From contig NC_068982.1 of NCBI RefSeq assembly GCF_001194135.2, positions 144,761,239 through 144,824,688 on the forward strand: DNA of 63,450 bases. Reading direction: 5' to 3'. The notes beneath the pieces are model-generated. The model was given only the letters and a program-made list of their open reading frames with translations, had not been told where the DNA came from and searched no databases. The stretch is from Octopus bimaculoides (lineage: Eukaryota). The translations under genes were made by a program, and so were the position numbers. Shown here piece after piece: positions 36,626 through 50,597 of this stretch. The stretch's first letter is position 1. Each line of letters opens with the position of its first letter.

Positions 36626-37804
36626 ATAGATATAGTGTGCGTGCATGTGTGTACGCGCGCGTACACACACACACACACACACAAAACCACATATGTACCT
36701 ACGACAGTCACTGCTGATTGAAAATACCCATGTAGTCGGGATCAAACACAAACACACCCTTGGTCTTCCTTCACTTGACTTTTTGGAACATCCAAGATAG
36801 TATATCGGTTGGATGAAAGAAGGAGAAGGATTTTGCGCTAGCAGTACTGAGTAGTTGTTTATTTATTGAACCCGAAAGGATCAAAGATAAAGCTGACCTC
36901 AGCACGAATTGTGCTCAGAGTAGTGGGGAGTCGGAAAAAATATTGCATTGCGCAGTATGCTTTCCGACGCTTTATGACATTTTCTAATCAAACCACCTTA
37001 CATGTGCCTCTTCTCTCTCCGTAAAAATGAATGTGTGTTCTGTGTGTTCATATATGTAAAAGTAGATAGATAGATAGATAGATACACATATACATACATA
37101 CGCGCACACATATTCACTCACTCTCTCTCACAAACACGCACGCACACACACATGTACACTCCAACTGATTTTAGTATTGCGTATCGCTTTTCTCTTCGTT
37201 GACGCTCAAGTTTATACATACATACGTATCTATCTATCTATCTATATATCTGTCTATATACATACATACATACTACATATATAAATATACATACACATAA
37301 ATAGATACATATGTGTGGGTATGTATACTCACACACATACATATACATGCACATCTAAACAGAAATTTCTCTCTCACTACTTCCTCTACTTTTTCATTCT
37401 TTTATTTTTCTTCATTCACAATTTCTTTATTGTATTGAGCTCATTCCTTCCTAATGAGTCTTATAACACGCCCTCTCATTCTCTTCTTCCTTTACTCTCC
37501 TCTTCCTTTCCCCTCCTCTAAATCCTCCGTAAATCCATGTTCTTAATCCTTCTTACATCCCCCCCCCTGCACCTTTTAACGTAATAGGAAATCACCTCCC
37601 TCACAAAGTCAATAAAAGTTAAGTATGTAAATCAAGTACCATTGACGATTTACTTGATGTAAACACTTTTCCCTCCCAATTTTTTTTCCCTTGTGGCAAA
37701 TAAAAAAAAACACGTTATTACGCAGCTGTGCATTATTCTGATATTCTAATGAGTTTGATTTGGTATACCTGCACAAGTGTGCCCTACCTCCAACATTGTT
37801 TCCC

Positions 37805-38473
37805 CATAACTTACAGAAAAATTGATATTTTCTAATGAAATTTTCTACAGATACCTATCAGATGGCGTATGTACATTACGATTATATCGGAATTTGTAGT
37901 GAAAACTTTTTCGGGGGCAGGAAAGAGGAGTTTCGGATAATTTGCTTGAGTCGATTTTGTTTCCTCATAACTTTCAGAAAAAAATAGATATTTTTAAATG
38001 AAATTTTCTACAGTTATCTTTTAGGTAGTATTCATATTAGTTATGTCGGAATTTGATGGGATAATTTACACGAGTCGAGTTTATTTCCTCATAACTTTCA
38101 GAAAAATTGATCTACAAATGCTTACCATCTGGTGTAGATTATACTGGAATTTAATTTAAGGTAAAAAAAAAAAAAAATGGTGAGCGCACATCACATACAC
38201 ACACAACACATATTTATAAAATAAAACTTGAAATTTTGAAAACAAAATTATCAGCATGTATGTGTGCGCGCCTACCAATTCTTTCGTTCCTGTTTACTTT
38301 CAATTGTGATATATTCATAACCTACACCATCTGAAAGGTATTTGTAGAAAACTTCACTAAAAAAAAAATCTATTTTCCTGAAAGCTATGCGTAATCGAAG
38401 TCGGTTGAGTATGCGTGATCAAAGTATAATATGTGTAATCAAAGCATACCTACACTTGAGTAGGTATGCTTTG
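37805..38473. mobile_element. Modular repeat element: three direct units, one inverted unit, terminal hairpin
   Basis: cataactttcagaaaaa..aatgaaattttctacag at 37805, 37966, 38090, inverted ~38315-38390; 14-bp perfect stem 38440-38473. Confidence 0.65.
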
Positions 38474-39600
38474 GTTAATCTCTATTGATTAATCTTCGTT
38501 TAATCAATCATTTAACTTATGATTTGAAATTTCTTATTCGCTGGACAGGTATTTTCAGTTATCTAACTGAATATTTACAATATATTTTTAAATATACTTG
38601 CTCATTTCCTCAGTATAATTATAAACACGTGGAAAATATCGAACATCTGAAGAGAAATACTTGAGCTTGCATGAATCCGTTTTCAATCTAAATCATTGTT
38701 TTACCTAAATATTTGATTTACTAAGAAACAAAAAAAATTACTGCCAAATAACAATCGTTATAAATAGCAATACTATGAGCAACAGATCAAAACAACCTAC
38801 TCGACCTGTTCAAGCCACACAAAGTTTTCCGCGAAAGCTTTAAAAAACCTTTTTTACTTTAAATCAAAAGGAAGTTCAACTGTTTAACCAGTCAAACGTT
38901 TAATAAACAGCTGGGTGTCAGGTGTTTAACAATGTCCCATAGGATTAATTGCGGTATTTATTGTTATTTTGCTACTCACTTTGTGCGCAGTTAGAAAGTT
39001 AGTTTAGTGATTCACTTTCTTTATTCAGTTAAATTTCATAGAAATCACCTTATTGAAAAGGTAAAGGAAATCATACTATCTAATGGGTAGAGGTCATTAT
39101 TTATAGCGCTTTCAACTCCTCCTAGATTAATGTAGGGGAAGGGGTTAATGATTAAGTATGTGATAGGCTCAAGTAAGACTGAAATCTATCTGGAGCTGCC
39201 ATAACATAACCAAAGGACTAAGAAGCTCACTTTGCAGCCACTAGGTCCAGAGTTCGATCCAATTTTGGGCGAGTGTTTTTTTGTTTTTGTTTTTTTTTTA
39301 CCTGTGTCATGGGACAATCCGAACCTTGTGAGTGAAATTAGACGGAAACAACACAGAAGCCCGGTGGATTGATTAATCTTATCACACACACACTACGTTA
39401 TGTTTATGGAGAATTATTATGTTAAAGGATACACATAAGGTATACTCAGCTACTTACATGCAGTTTCAAATGGGAAGGTTGTTTAGTTGATCATTCGACT
39501 GACCCCTCGTAATGGAGACCAACTGAGATCTATGAACTTGCAAAAATAATTAATATAATATTAATCAGTGGATAATATTAATCACTGCAGAATTATTTTT

Positions 39601-40105
39601 GGATCTTTTTTTAAAACGGGGGCCACATTTTTCATTAATGTTTTACGTAGTGTTTTTGGTACGGAAAGACTTTCAAACTTCGTATACTTATCTATTTTGT
39701 GTTATAGAACAGAAAAATATTTTTGTATTCGAATTTATTTCATGTAAAAAATTGTCTTATTTCGATAATTTCAACCAATCACTGACAAGTATTCAGTTGT
39801 TTATATTTACTCCTTTGGCTGATTAAGCGATGTAAAGCGTATTTAATCTCCATACCTTCGTTTTATTTGCTTTTTTCATTTTAAATTTGCTTTAACCCTA
39901 ACCCTAGGGTTAATTGTTTCAGAATCGTTTGTTTATGTAGTCGGCACTTAATGTATATCGGCTGAATGGACGTCAGTGANNNNNNNNNNTTTTTTTTTAA
40001 GAAGACTAAGAGAAAAAGATGTTTTATATGACACATTCTACCAATGTTCCAAGTTTCAAAGTGTTTCGTTAATGAAAAATGTGGCCCCCGTTTTAAAAAA
40101 GATCC
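39601..40105. mobile_element. MITE with 37-bp TIRs and internal telomere-like motif
   Basis: ggatcttttttaaaacgggggccacatttttcattaa at both ends inverted; taaccctaaccctagggtta at ~39892. Confidence 0.8.
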
Positions 40106-41849
40106 GAATGATGTATTTCCCATAGAAAAAGTTTATCTAATGAGGAGTTGATGCTGTTAAAACAAGACCAAACTAAGAATAGAGATGAGACTAAGGAAAT
40201 TCTACCGACTCCACCTTAAATTGCCTGCAAATAATGTTGCTAAAGAGTTGGCACTCATAGAGAGAAAGGCCTGTAAGCTTTTGCTGGTAACAGCTCTAAT
40301 TGTAAACGTAGCATAGAAGTTGCAAGGAGAGTTTACAATGAGCTCAGTTCCTACATGGAGTTGTACAAATATATGATGCGCCATAAACAACAAACAATTT
40401 AGAATTATTTCTTTGCCTCTGAAGTTGATGTCCATGATAATGAACTCCAAGATTAAAGCTAGTGTTCCTTACCCTCTCTGTATCTCTCATTCCACCGCGA
40501 ACCCTCAAACAATAGTCAACTGCATCCATGTTAAGAACATACGCTATTACAATATTACGCTTCTTATAATTCCCTGGCGTATCTCTCTTCAAATAGTTTA
40601 ATGTATACATATTATACTGTGTATATTTAGAAATGGTTATTTTCATGCATAAACGTGGTTGTGTTGCTTGCGGGTTTTCCCCTGCTCCACCGAAACTATC
40701 CGTCGGAATGTATTATTTACTTTATAGCATGAAAATCAATACGAAAATTAACTTTGTGTTAGGCCATGTTTTTTTTCGGGAGACATTATTCCTGTAATGC
40801 AGGGTATTCTTATACACACGCGCGAGCTCATATATGTATGTATGTATATATATGTATGTATGTATGTACATACATACACACACACACATAAGAGTGACTG
40901 AAGGTCCGAGAGAGAGAGAGAGAGAGTGTGTGTGTGTGTGTTTGTGTAGTGACACTGATTTTGAATATAAATAACAGTATTGACTGACGGAAATACCCCA
41001 AGGGAGCCTGTTCTGCATATTAGATACAAATATGGTAAGGGTATCACATATGTATTACAGTGGAGCTCAAAAACTTTGATCAACTAAGATTATCCAAACA
41101 ATTAGTGAACAAAAACTCCCATAGGGGAGATTGTGTTTAAAATCTAAAAACAATACGGGTGATATATTAAATACAACCTGTTTTTATTTTATTTATTCAA
41201 CACTAAATAGCAGTAAGCAATATAAACAAATTATTTACTTATAAGTAGGGTAGCAGTGAAAAATGAAAATTCCCAACACTATTGCAGGGTCGCGATTCAG
41301 TTGCACCGTTTGCACCAAAGTAAATCCTGTACTATTAACAAAAACAAACTGTTCTCTTCTCTTAATGCACTAAAGAACGTGCTTATATTTCTTTGATAAT
41401 ATGGGCTTAAGTTAAACAACATCACTACTCGCATTACCAGCACTGTCGAAACAATACCATCAATAGCAACAACACCAACCGCAGTGTATATCAATACTTT
41501 CTTCTTTCTCGCCCTTTCAAAGCCTCGCCAGGCTCATGGGCCCGGTTTCCCGGTTTCTATGGCGTATGTGTTCCCCNNNNNNNNNNNNNNNNNNNNNNNN
41601 NNNNNNNNNNNNNNNNNNNNNNNNNNNNNNNNNNNNNNNNNNNNNNNNNNNNNNNNNNNNNNNNNNNNNNNNNNNNNNNNNNNNNNNNNNNNNNNNNNNN
41701 NNNNNNNNNNNNNNNNNNTCTTTGATAATATGGGCTTAAGTTAAACAACATCACTACTCGCATTACCAGCGCTGTCGAAACAATACCATCAATAGCAACA
41801 ACACCAACCGCAGTGTATATCAATACTTTCTTCTTTCTCGCCCTTTCAA

Positions 41850-42082
41850 AGCCTCGCCAGGCTCATGGGCCCGGTTTCCCGGTTTCAATGGCGTATGTGT
41901 TCTCCAGCTGGACGGCACGCCAGCCCATCGCAGCGTTACTCATTTTTGCCAGCTGAGTGGACTGGAGTAACGTGAAATGAAGTGTTTTGCTCAAGGACAC
42001 AACGCGTCACCCGGTCCAGGAATCGAAACCACAATCTTACGATCATGATGCTGACACCCTAACCACTGAGCCATGCGCCTCC
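41850..42082 (-). mobile_element. SINE family D head + core with alternative tail
   Basis: ggaggcgcatggctcagtggttagg..gtgtccttgagcaaaacac..ccagtccactcagctggcaaaaatgagta. Confidence 0.85.
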
Positions 42083-42143
42083 ACATATCAATACTAACAT
42101 AGGATAAAAATGAAAATGGATCAAAATACTTCTCGACTCATAA

Positions 42144-42808
42144 GGCCGGTTTCCATGACATATATATTATCCTACTGGACGGGACGCCTGCCCCTTGTAG
42201 GATTACTCACTTTTGCCAGTTGAGTGGACTGGAGCAACGTAAAATGAAGTGTTTTGTTCAAGAATACGACACATTGCCCGATGTAGGAACCGAAACCATA
42301 ATCTTACAATCATGAATCCAATACCCCAATCACTAAGCCATGCACCTCCATAATACGTACAAGCGTTGCCATCAACTATATTGCCAAGAGCCAACGAAGG
42401 ATCTTCTAGACATAGCAGCCAAATCATATCATAACGTCTCAAAAACAAACGAGACGATGGTAAATTTATAGGCCGGTTTCCATGACGTATACATTATCCC
42501 ACTGGACGGGACGCCAGCCCCTTGTAGGATTACTCACTTTTGCCAGCTGAGTGGACTGGAGCAACATAAAATGAAGTGTTTTGCTCAAGAATACGACACA
42601 TTGCCCGATGTAGGAACCGAAACCATAATCTTACAATCATGAATCCAATACCCCAATCACTAAGCCACGCGCCTCCATAATACGTACAAGCGTTGTCATC
42701 AACTATATTGCCAAGAGCCAACGAAGGAACTTCTAGACATAGCAGCCAAATTTCAATCAAATCATATCGTAACGTCTTAAAAACAAACGAGACGATGGTA
42801 AATTTATA
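42144..42808. repeat. Tandem duplication, 327/338-bp units each containing a SINE-D copy
   Basis: Units start 42144 and 42471; scattered SNPs and an 11-bp indel; no gap between. Confidence 0.9.
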
Positions 42809-42844
42809 GAATATTTCTTTCGATTTCAATGAGAAATAATATTC

Positions 42845-43196
42845 TTGCTCGTTTGTTTCTTGTGTGTTATCTACTAATCTGACCTCCGAATATGCTGCAA
42901 AGAATTTTTTATCTCCAGAAAACGGAGCGGGTGTTGGGGAAGTCCGAAGGTCTCCCCCGTTCCCCCATCCCGGAGTTTTCGTCACCATTTTCTTTTTCTT
43001 GTGTTAACAATGAATATGACCGCCATAGTAATCGGAAACGACTAGCTTTGTAAATGAAAGAGGAGAAACGGTAAAGAAAACTCTGCAGAGTGGGGTAATC
43101 CTAGGATCCCCTACTCTCTCCGTTTTTTTGTTAGAAAGTCTTTGCAGCATGTTCGGGTGTCAGATTAGTCGATAGCATATGAACAAAAAAGAGAAC
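42845..43196. mobile_element. Foldback/MITE with ~150-bp diverged inverted arms
   Basis: ctaatctgacctccgaatatgctgcaaaga (42874) vs rc of 43139-43168. Confidence 0.75.
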
Positions 43197-44520
43197 AAAC
43201 TAAAAAAGAACAAAAAGAAAACTTATTTACCACTGAACTCGAGAAGGATGTTCTATAAATTTACTGAGACGTTTATAGTTGCAGTCCTTTTGACCTTATG
43301 GTATATTCAATCAAAGCTAACCTTGGACTAAACAACAGCAGTAACTTAACTGTATTACTATTTTATGTGTTGGTTACTCCTATTCTTCTTAGACTGTTTA
43401 CTATACTGAGGTAGGTTGCGTGTGTAGACAGTGATCACACTAAAGTTTAATTGAGTTTTCAATTATTTTATTAACCTGCGTTGAATTTTTTCTCAAATGT
43501 ATGGCCTGGGCCGATAATGGCCGAAACCAATCTAAGTTATCTAATAAATTAATGGAACAACGGTTTTCTGGCTAAGAATCTTCTGTATATAATCTACTGG
43601 ATAATATTCTGAAACTAGTGCAAGGAATTTTAATCACTGCATATACTTAATGTACATTAATTAACATTATAAGTTAAGATTGGTGCCGTTTGTCTTATAC
43701 CACAAAAGCATGTATAAGAAAAGTGAAGGAGAGAGACGCAAACTCATTGTAATGACTTTGAGGCTTGCTGGCCTGAGGTTGGATTTGTCAGCTTTTATAG
43801 CTGTAAGCCAGCTTATAGAATCTTCGGTCAAACTATATGACGGGAAAACTCACTGCGTTACTTTGAAGTTTACTCTGTCAATCTTAATAAGTCCACAACA
43901 ACAACAACAACGGAAACAACAATGTTCCAAGAGGACTCATTATGAATGGATAACCATCCTCAACAAATGTAGTATTCTTGAGAAAAGGTTAAGTTTATTG
44001 ATATTTTACCCGAAAAATTTTGGCAAGCCTTATCAAGCAGGAAATCAAATGTTATCTGCTATCTAACATGTAGGTTTAAATAGCTACTGTGAGAGGCCTT
44101 TATGTGGTAATTTCTTGAAATAGCAGCTAAATCTCCCTCAGATCACAACATTGGATAATATAGTACTAGATATATGTCTGTATATACGATAGGATTGCCA
44201 TGGCCTGGACACCTTTGACCATGGTTCAAATCAATCAAGAAAGGCCTTGGGCTAAACGACTATGTACTTAACGTATAATAAACAACAGCCTAAACATACA
44301 CAGTACTAATTATGTCTACATATATATTTCCTTTATTTAATCATCTGTTATATGTTGAAATAAAGATGTTGGAATGGTGGTAACAGTAGAAGCCGTGGTG
44401 GTGGTGTAGTGACAATGTTGGTGGATGTAGTGGTAGTGGATATGGTGGTGATGTTAGTAGCGGTACTGTGGACATGTTGGTGGTAGTGGTGATAGTAGTA
44501 GTACTATTAGTGGTAGTGTT

Positions 44521-44735
44521 GAGGCGGCGAGCTGGCAGAAATGTTAGCATGCCGGGCGAAATGCTTAGCGGGTATTTCATCTGTCTTTACGTTCTGAGTT
44601 CAAATTCCGCCGAGGTCGACTTCGCCTTTCATCCTTTCGGGGTCGATAAATTAAGTACCAGTTGCATACTGAGGTCAATCTAATCGACTGGCCCCGTTCC
44701 CGAAAATTTCGGGCCTTGTGCCTAGAGTAGAAAAG
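44521..44735 (+). mobile_element. SINE family B1, near-consensus
   Basis: Family match. Confidence 0.95.
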
Positions 44736-44966
44736 AACTATTAGTGGTAGCATTGGCGTTGTGATAGTGGTGGTGGTGATAGTGACATTTGCAGTATTGT
44801 TGTTGTTTAGTTGCATATCTATCCTCATCAAATAAGACTTAAGATCAAAGACATTCCAGCCGTGACCATCCCAATTTGTTTTTCATATGCAGGGAATCTT
44901 CATCTACATAATCCATGCCTTTTTAAAACTAGTAGTATGTAAATAGAGAAGGGATTTGACGGCTAT

Positions 44967-45192
44967 TTCTTATTTCTTTATTGCCCACAAGGGGCTAAAC
45001 ATAGATGGGACAAACAAGGACAGACAAAGGGATTAAGTCGATTACATCGACCCCAATGCGTAACTGGTACTTAATTTATCGACCCCGAAAGGATGAAAGG
45101 CAAAGTCGATCTCGGTGGAAATTGAACTCAGAACGTAACAGCAAACGAAATACCGCTAAGCATTTCGCCCGGCGTGCTAACGTTTCTGCCAG
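44967..45192 (-). mobile_element. SINE family B2, near-consensus
   Basis: Family match. Confidence 0.95.
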
Positions 45193-46399
45193 CTATTTCT
45201 AGCAGGTCGAGTGACCACACAGAGAACCCTTCATCAGTTCTTATGGCTCGTATTGTTGTTTAGCTCTAGGTCAGCTCTGTGAACAAAACTGTCCACCTAT
45301 GGCCATCATGTTTGAAGGTTACAACAAACTATGTTATCAAATGTGTCTGTAAGATTTTAGGGTGTGTCTGGAGGGGGGACTTGGCTACTATATCTGGTGG
45401 CAGATGCAGCAGTGGTAATATTGATGGTGCCAGCAGGGGTGATGGTGGTGGTACAAACGGTGGTGTTAGCATTGATTGTGATGGTAGTAGTGGTGGTGGT
45501 TGCATTTATGATAATGATGATTGTGATGATGGTGGTGGCAGTGACTTGGATGGTGGGGTGGATATAGGAAGGAGAGGGAGAGTGGGTCAGTGAATGTAAT
45601 TACTATTGTTTGTTCATTCATTTTACATCTGTTTTTCTCTGTTAGTAATTGGCGAGACAAAACGCCTGTTATTGAGACATTGTTTTACGGCTGAATGCCT
45701 TTACTGTTGCTAACCTTGACCCAGTCATCGATTCTATTTTCTTTCTCCTTATCAAAGTCACTGGCCTCAGTCACTGTGGTGTTGCTGTATCCTCCTCCTC
45801 CTCCTCTTCCTCATCATCATCATCATCATCATCACCATCACCACCATCATCATCATAAAAAAAAAAGCTATGCAATATTGCTTTCCTTTTCATACTTCAT
45901 TACTTCTCACAAGTCCTCACACACTGCTTATTGTTGTAGCTGTTGTTAAGTGNNNNNNNNNNNNNNNNNNNNNNNNNNNNNNNNNNNNNNNNNNNNNNNN
46001 NNNNNNNNNNNNNNNNNNNNNNNNNNNNNNNNNNNNNNNNNNNNNNNNNNNNNNNNNNNNNNNNNNNNNNNNNNNNNNNNNNNNNNNNNNNNNNNNNNNN
46101 NNNNNNNNNNNNNNNNNNNNNNNNNNNNNNNNNNNNNNNNNNNNNNNNNNNNNNNNNNNNNNNNNNNNNNNNNNNNNNNNNNNNNNNNNNNNNNNNNNNN
46201 NNNNNNNNNNNNNNNNNNNNNNNNNNNTTTTATTATTTTATTTGTTTTTTCTCATTTGACTGTGGCCATGCTTGAGCACCGCCTTTAGTTGAAAAAAAAA
46301 ACGACTCCAGGACTTATTCTATCAGTTTCTTTTGCTGAACTGCTAAGTTACAGGGATGTAAACACACCAACATCGGTTAAGTCATGGTGGGGGGGGGGG

Positions 46400-46843
46400 A
46401 CTAATCAAATGGAATTGTAGTTGTAGCCGATACCAGTGCCACCTGACTGGCTCCTGTGCTGGTGGCATGCAATAAGCACCATACATGCGTGGGTTGTTGC
46501 CAGTGCTACCTGATTGGCTCCCCGTGCTGGTGACATGTAAAAAGCACCATCCGAACATGGTCGATGCCAGCCTCCCTGCCCCAACTGGCTCCTGTACCGG
46601 TAGCATGTAAAAGCACCATCTGAACGTGGCTGATGCCAGTTCCACCTGACTGGCTCCCATGCTGGTGGCATGTAAAAAGCACCCACTACACTCTTGGAGT
46701 GGTTGGCATTAGGAAGGGCATCCAGCTGTAGAAACTCTGCCAAATCAGATTGGAGCCTGGTGCGGCCTCCTGGCCTGCCAGTCCCCAGTGAAACCGTCCA
46801 ACTCATGCCAGCATGGAAAACAGATGTTAAACGATGATGATGA

Positions 46844-46845
<2 letters not shown>
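46400..46845 (+). mobile_element. RTE-type LINE 3' UTR with tandem units and (GAT)n tail
   Basis: Same structure as 7410-7765. Confidence 0.85.
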
Positions 46846-46883
<38 letters not shown>

Positions 46884-47952
46884 TACCTTGATACTGAGTG
46901 GACTAAGATCCCCGTTGGCAGGCCACTGGTATTTATAGAGTATTAAACACTTTTGGTATGCAAATTAGGGATTCTTTCATAGAGTAACTGTTGATTTTGT
47001 AGGAATATGTAAATGGAATAGGTAAATGGAAAATGAAAGAAACCCTATCTATCTATCTGTCAGTATGTCTGTCTACTTTCTGCCTGTCTAACTGTCCATC
47101 TGTCTACCTCCTGTCTGTCTGTCTGTCCATCCATCCATCCTTCTGTGTGTGTGTGTTTGTGTGCGTGCTCCTTTTTTTGTGTGTTCCCTTGTCTAGGCAT
47201 CATGTGATAATTGTAAATGAGCATCAATGTCATGCAAGTGGGGTTGTTTGTTTCCTATCATCTGTGGAAAAAAGCATCTGGTTATGGGAAAAATATTACC
47301 TTTCCTGGAAATAACTGAAGGTTGGTGACAGGAAGAGCATCTGACTGTAGAAAATCTGCTTCAATAAATTCCATCTGACCCATGCAAGCATGGAAAAGTG
47401 AACATTAAATGATGATACCTCTTGCTTCTTGTTTCTAGATTTTTAAAGACCTCATTGGGCGTTTTTGTTTACTAATAGCATAGATAATCTCAGTTAATCA
47501 AAGTTTTTCACCTCATTTATATTATATATGTGAGAAGCTACCATATGGCATTTAATGATCTAGTCAGAAACCATACCGTATTGTCATTACTATTGTACAA
47601 TACTGGACATATTATCCAGCTTCCAGAAATCTGCGAATGCTGTGCAGTACCATGCGATCATTATTATCATCATCATCATCATCATTATCGTCGTTTAACG
47701 TCCGCTTTCCATGCTGGCATGGGTTGGACGGTTCAACAAAACAGACTCTGCTTATGGTGTGTTAAAAATAGTTTTGTTCTGTACTTTTTAAGTGGATTGA
47801 TGAAGATTAAACATACTCTGCTTTAGAATTGTATTAATTTGTACCTTTCTCTGTCAAGTTCTTTACTTTTCTTCTTTTAATTTCCATCCTATAAATTGTA
47901 TACATGGTACAATATAGTATATTTTAAGTGGATTATTAAATACCAATTTCGG

Positions 47953-48156
47953 ATTTTGGCACAAGGCCTGCAATTCTAGGGAGGTGGGTAAGTCAATTAC
48001 ATTGACCCCACTGTTCAATTGGCACTCATTCTATTGACCCTGAAAGGATGAAAGCAAAATGAACTTGGCAGAATTTGAACTCAGAATGTGAAGACAGACT
48101 AAATGCTACTTAGCGTTTTACCCAGCATGCTAACGATTCAGCCAGCTTGCTGCCTT
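47953..48156 (-). mobile_element. SINE family B1, CpG-decayed
   Basis: Family match. Confidence 0.85.
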
Positions 48157-49513
48157 AAGTGGATTAATAAATATAAAACAGACCCTGTTAAATACAATAT
48201 AGCTCTTCACTTTTCATAGTTCATTTTGCATTTTAAGTATATATTTAGATTGAATCTAGAAAACCAGGAAATCCAGAAATCTGGACACTTCTGGTCCCAA
48301 GCTGGCTGGATAATTGGTTCAGTTGTGTATTACTGCTGGAGCCTTTAACTTCTTCAGTTTGTGGTGCATTATTCAAAAGTAATTCCCCTCCTCTCTACCA
48401 CTCCAACAATTCTCTCTTAAATTAACAAAAGACTTTCAGAAAATGAGGTCCAAGAAGTCTTGAGTATAAATTTGAGAAAGACACAGAATCCTTCATTTCA
48501 TGCAGACCCGTTAAAAAAAAAAATGGTTCTTAAATTGCTATAAAAGATAATAATGATGATATATTGAATTAGCTAACATGGTTGGGCGTTCCCCTGAAAA
48601 AAAAAATACCTTAAGCTATTTACTTAATGTTGATTCATTTTTTTCTTGTTGTGTTTTGTTGTTATTGCTGTGTTTTCTATGTCCTGTGTTTTTACCCTGA
48701 TAAAGTTTTTAGTTAAATAAACTTTCAAAATGAAATTATTAAAATAAAATTACTGAAAACTAGAGAGGAAAACCAGTTGTATTTGATAACTTAATATTCT
48801 GACTCCTTTTCTGTCTGCCTGTCTCTCTGTTTCTCTCTCTCTCTCTCTCTCAACCTCCTCTTCTCCATTATCTCTGTTATACTGCTATTATCTTTGTGTC
48901 TTCAAGATGTTCTCAGTCAAACATAGTTCTTTGTCTGTAAATATGTGTGCCTGCATTTGATGTAATTGCGGAATATGATCTTAGTTACTGTTCTTTGGAT
49001 ATGAATTCTTATAATATTTAACTGAAAACATCTTAAGACAAAAAGTTTGTCATAAGAGAGAAAACAAAAAAAGGGGAAAAGTGAGACAGTGGGAGAAGAG
49101 GAGAAAAAAGTGAGATGGAGTGACGTTCCAGTCATGACCATTCCATCATTTTAGCATGTCATTGGCAACTAACTACTGACATCTTATAGATAATTGGGCA
49201 GAATATCCAACAAATTTTATCCTCCAGTGTCACATATTCAATGACAACATGGATTGCAAGTGACCAATGAAGTGACCTTTCAGACCAAACATGGCCAAGG
49301 TCTTGCTTATTGTGAACATCTGAGTGTTGAGAAACACGAAATCCAAATAATAATGATGTGAGTCATTAACTGCTTATTTTTCTCTCACACTCTTTCTCAT
49401 TCTCTCTCAGTCTGTCTGTCTATCTCTCCCTTCCTCCCTCTCTCTCTCTCTCTCTCTGTTTCACACACATATGTGTATATATAATGTGTGCATACACACA
49501 CACAAACACACAA

Positions 49514-49564
<51 letters not shown>

Positions 49565-50555
49565 NNNNNNNNNNNNNNNNNNNNNNNNNNNNNNNNNNNN
49601 NNNNNNNNNNNNNNNNNNNNNNNNNNNNNNNNNNNNNNNNNNNNNNNNNNNNNNNNNNNNNNNNNNNNNNNNNNNNNNNNNNNNNNNNNNNNNNNNNNNN
49701 NNNNNNNNNNNNNNNNNNNNNNNNNNNNNNNNNNNNNNNNNNNNNNNNNNNNNNNNNNNNNNNNNNNNNNNNNNNNNNNNNNNNNNNNNNNNNNNNNNNN
49801 NNNNNNNNNNNNNNNNNNNNNNNNNNNNNNNNNNNNNNNNNNNNNNNNNNNNNNNNNNNNNNNNNNNNNNNNNNNNNNNNNNNNNNNNNNNNNNNNNNNN
49901 NNNNNNNNNNNNNNNNNNNNNNNNNNNNNNNNNNNNNNNNNNNNNNNNNNNNNNNNNNNNNNNNNNNNNNNNNNNNNNNNNNNNNNNNNNNNNNNNNNNN
50001 NNNNNNNNNNNNNNNNNNNNNNNNNNNNNNNNNNNNNNNNNNNNNNNNNNNNNNNNNNNNNNNNNNNNNNNNNNNNNNNNNNNNNNNNNNNNNNNNNNNN
50101 NNNNNNNNNNNNNNNNNNNNNNNNNNNNNNNNNNNNNNNNNNNNNNNNNNNNNNNNNNNNNNNNNNNNNNNNNNNNNNNNNNNNNNNNNNNNNNNNNNNN
50201 NNNNNNNNNNNNNNNNNNNNNNNNNNNNNNNNNNNNNNNNNNNNNNNNNNNNNNNNNNNNNNNNNNNNNNNNNNNNNNNNNNNNNNNNNNNNNNNNNNNN
50301 NNNNNNNNNNNNNNNNNNNNNNNNNNNNNNNNNNNNNNNNNNNNNNNNNNNNNNNNNNNNNNNNNNNNNNNNNNNNNNNNNNNNNNNNNNNNNNNNNNNN
50401 NNNNNNNNNNNNNNNNNNNNNNNNNNNNNNNNNNNNNNNNNNNNNNNNNNNNNNNNNNNNNNNNNNNNNNNNNNNNNNNNNNNNNNNNNNNNNNNNNNNN
50501 NNNNNNNNNNNNNNNNNNNNNNNNNNNNNNNNNNNNNNNNNNNNNNNNNNNNNNN

Positions 50556-50597
<42 letters not shown>

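Noticed and set aside
40202-40450. 82-aa non-repeat ORF; opposite strand has ERKACKLLLV (GPCR TM6-like)
   Set aside because: Too short, no splice support or recognisable family
41383-41895. Direct duplication flanking a 142-N gap
   Set aside because: Typical unmerged contig overlap or haplotype artefact
49190-49357. AG..GTGAGT segment as an exon of the inferred second gene
   Set aside because: No frame is open across it
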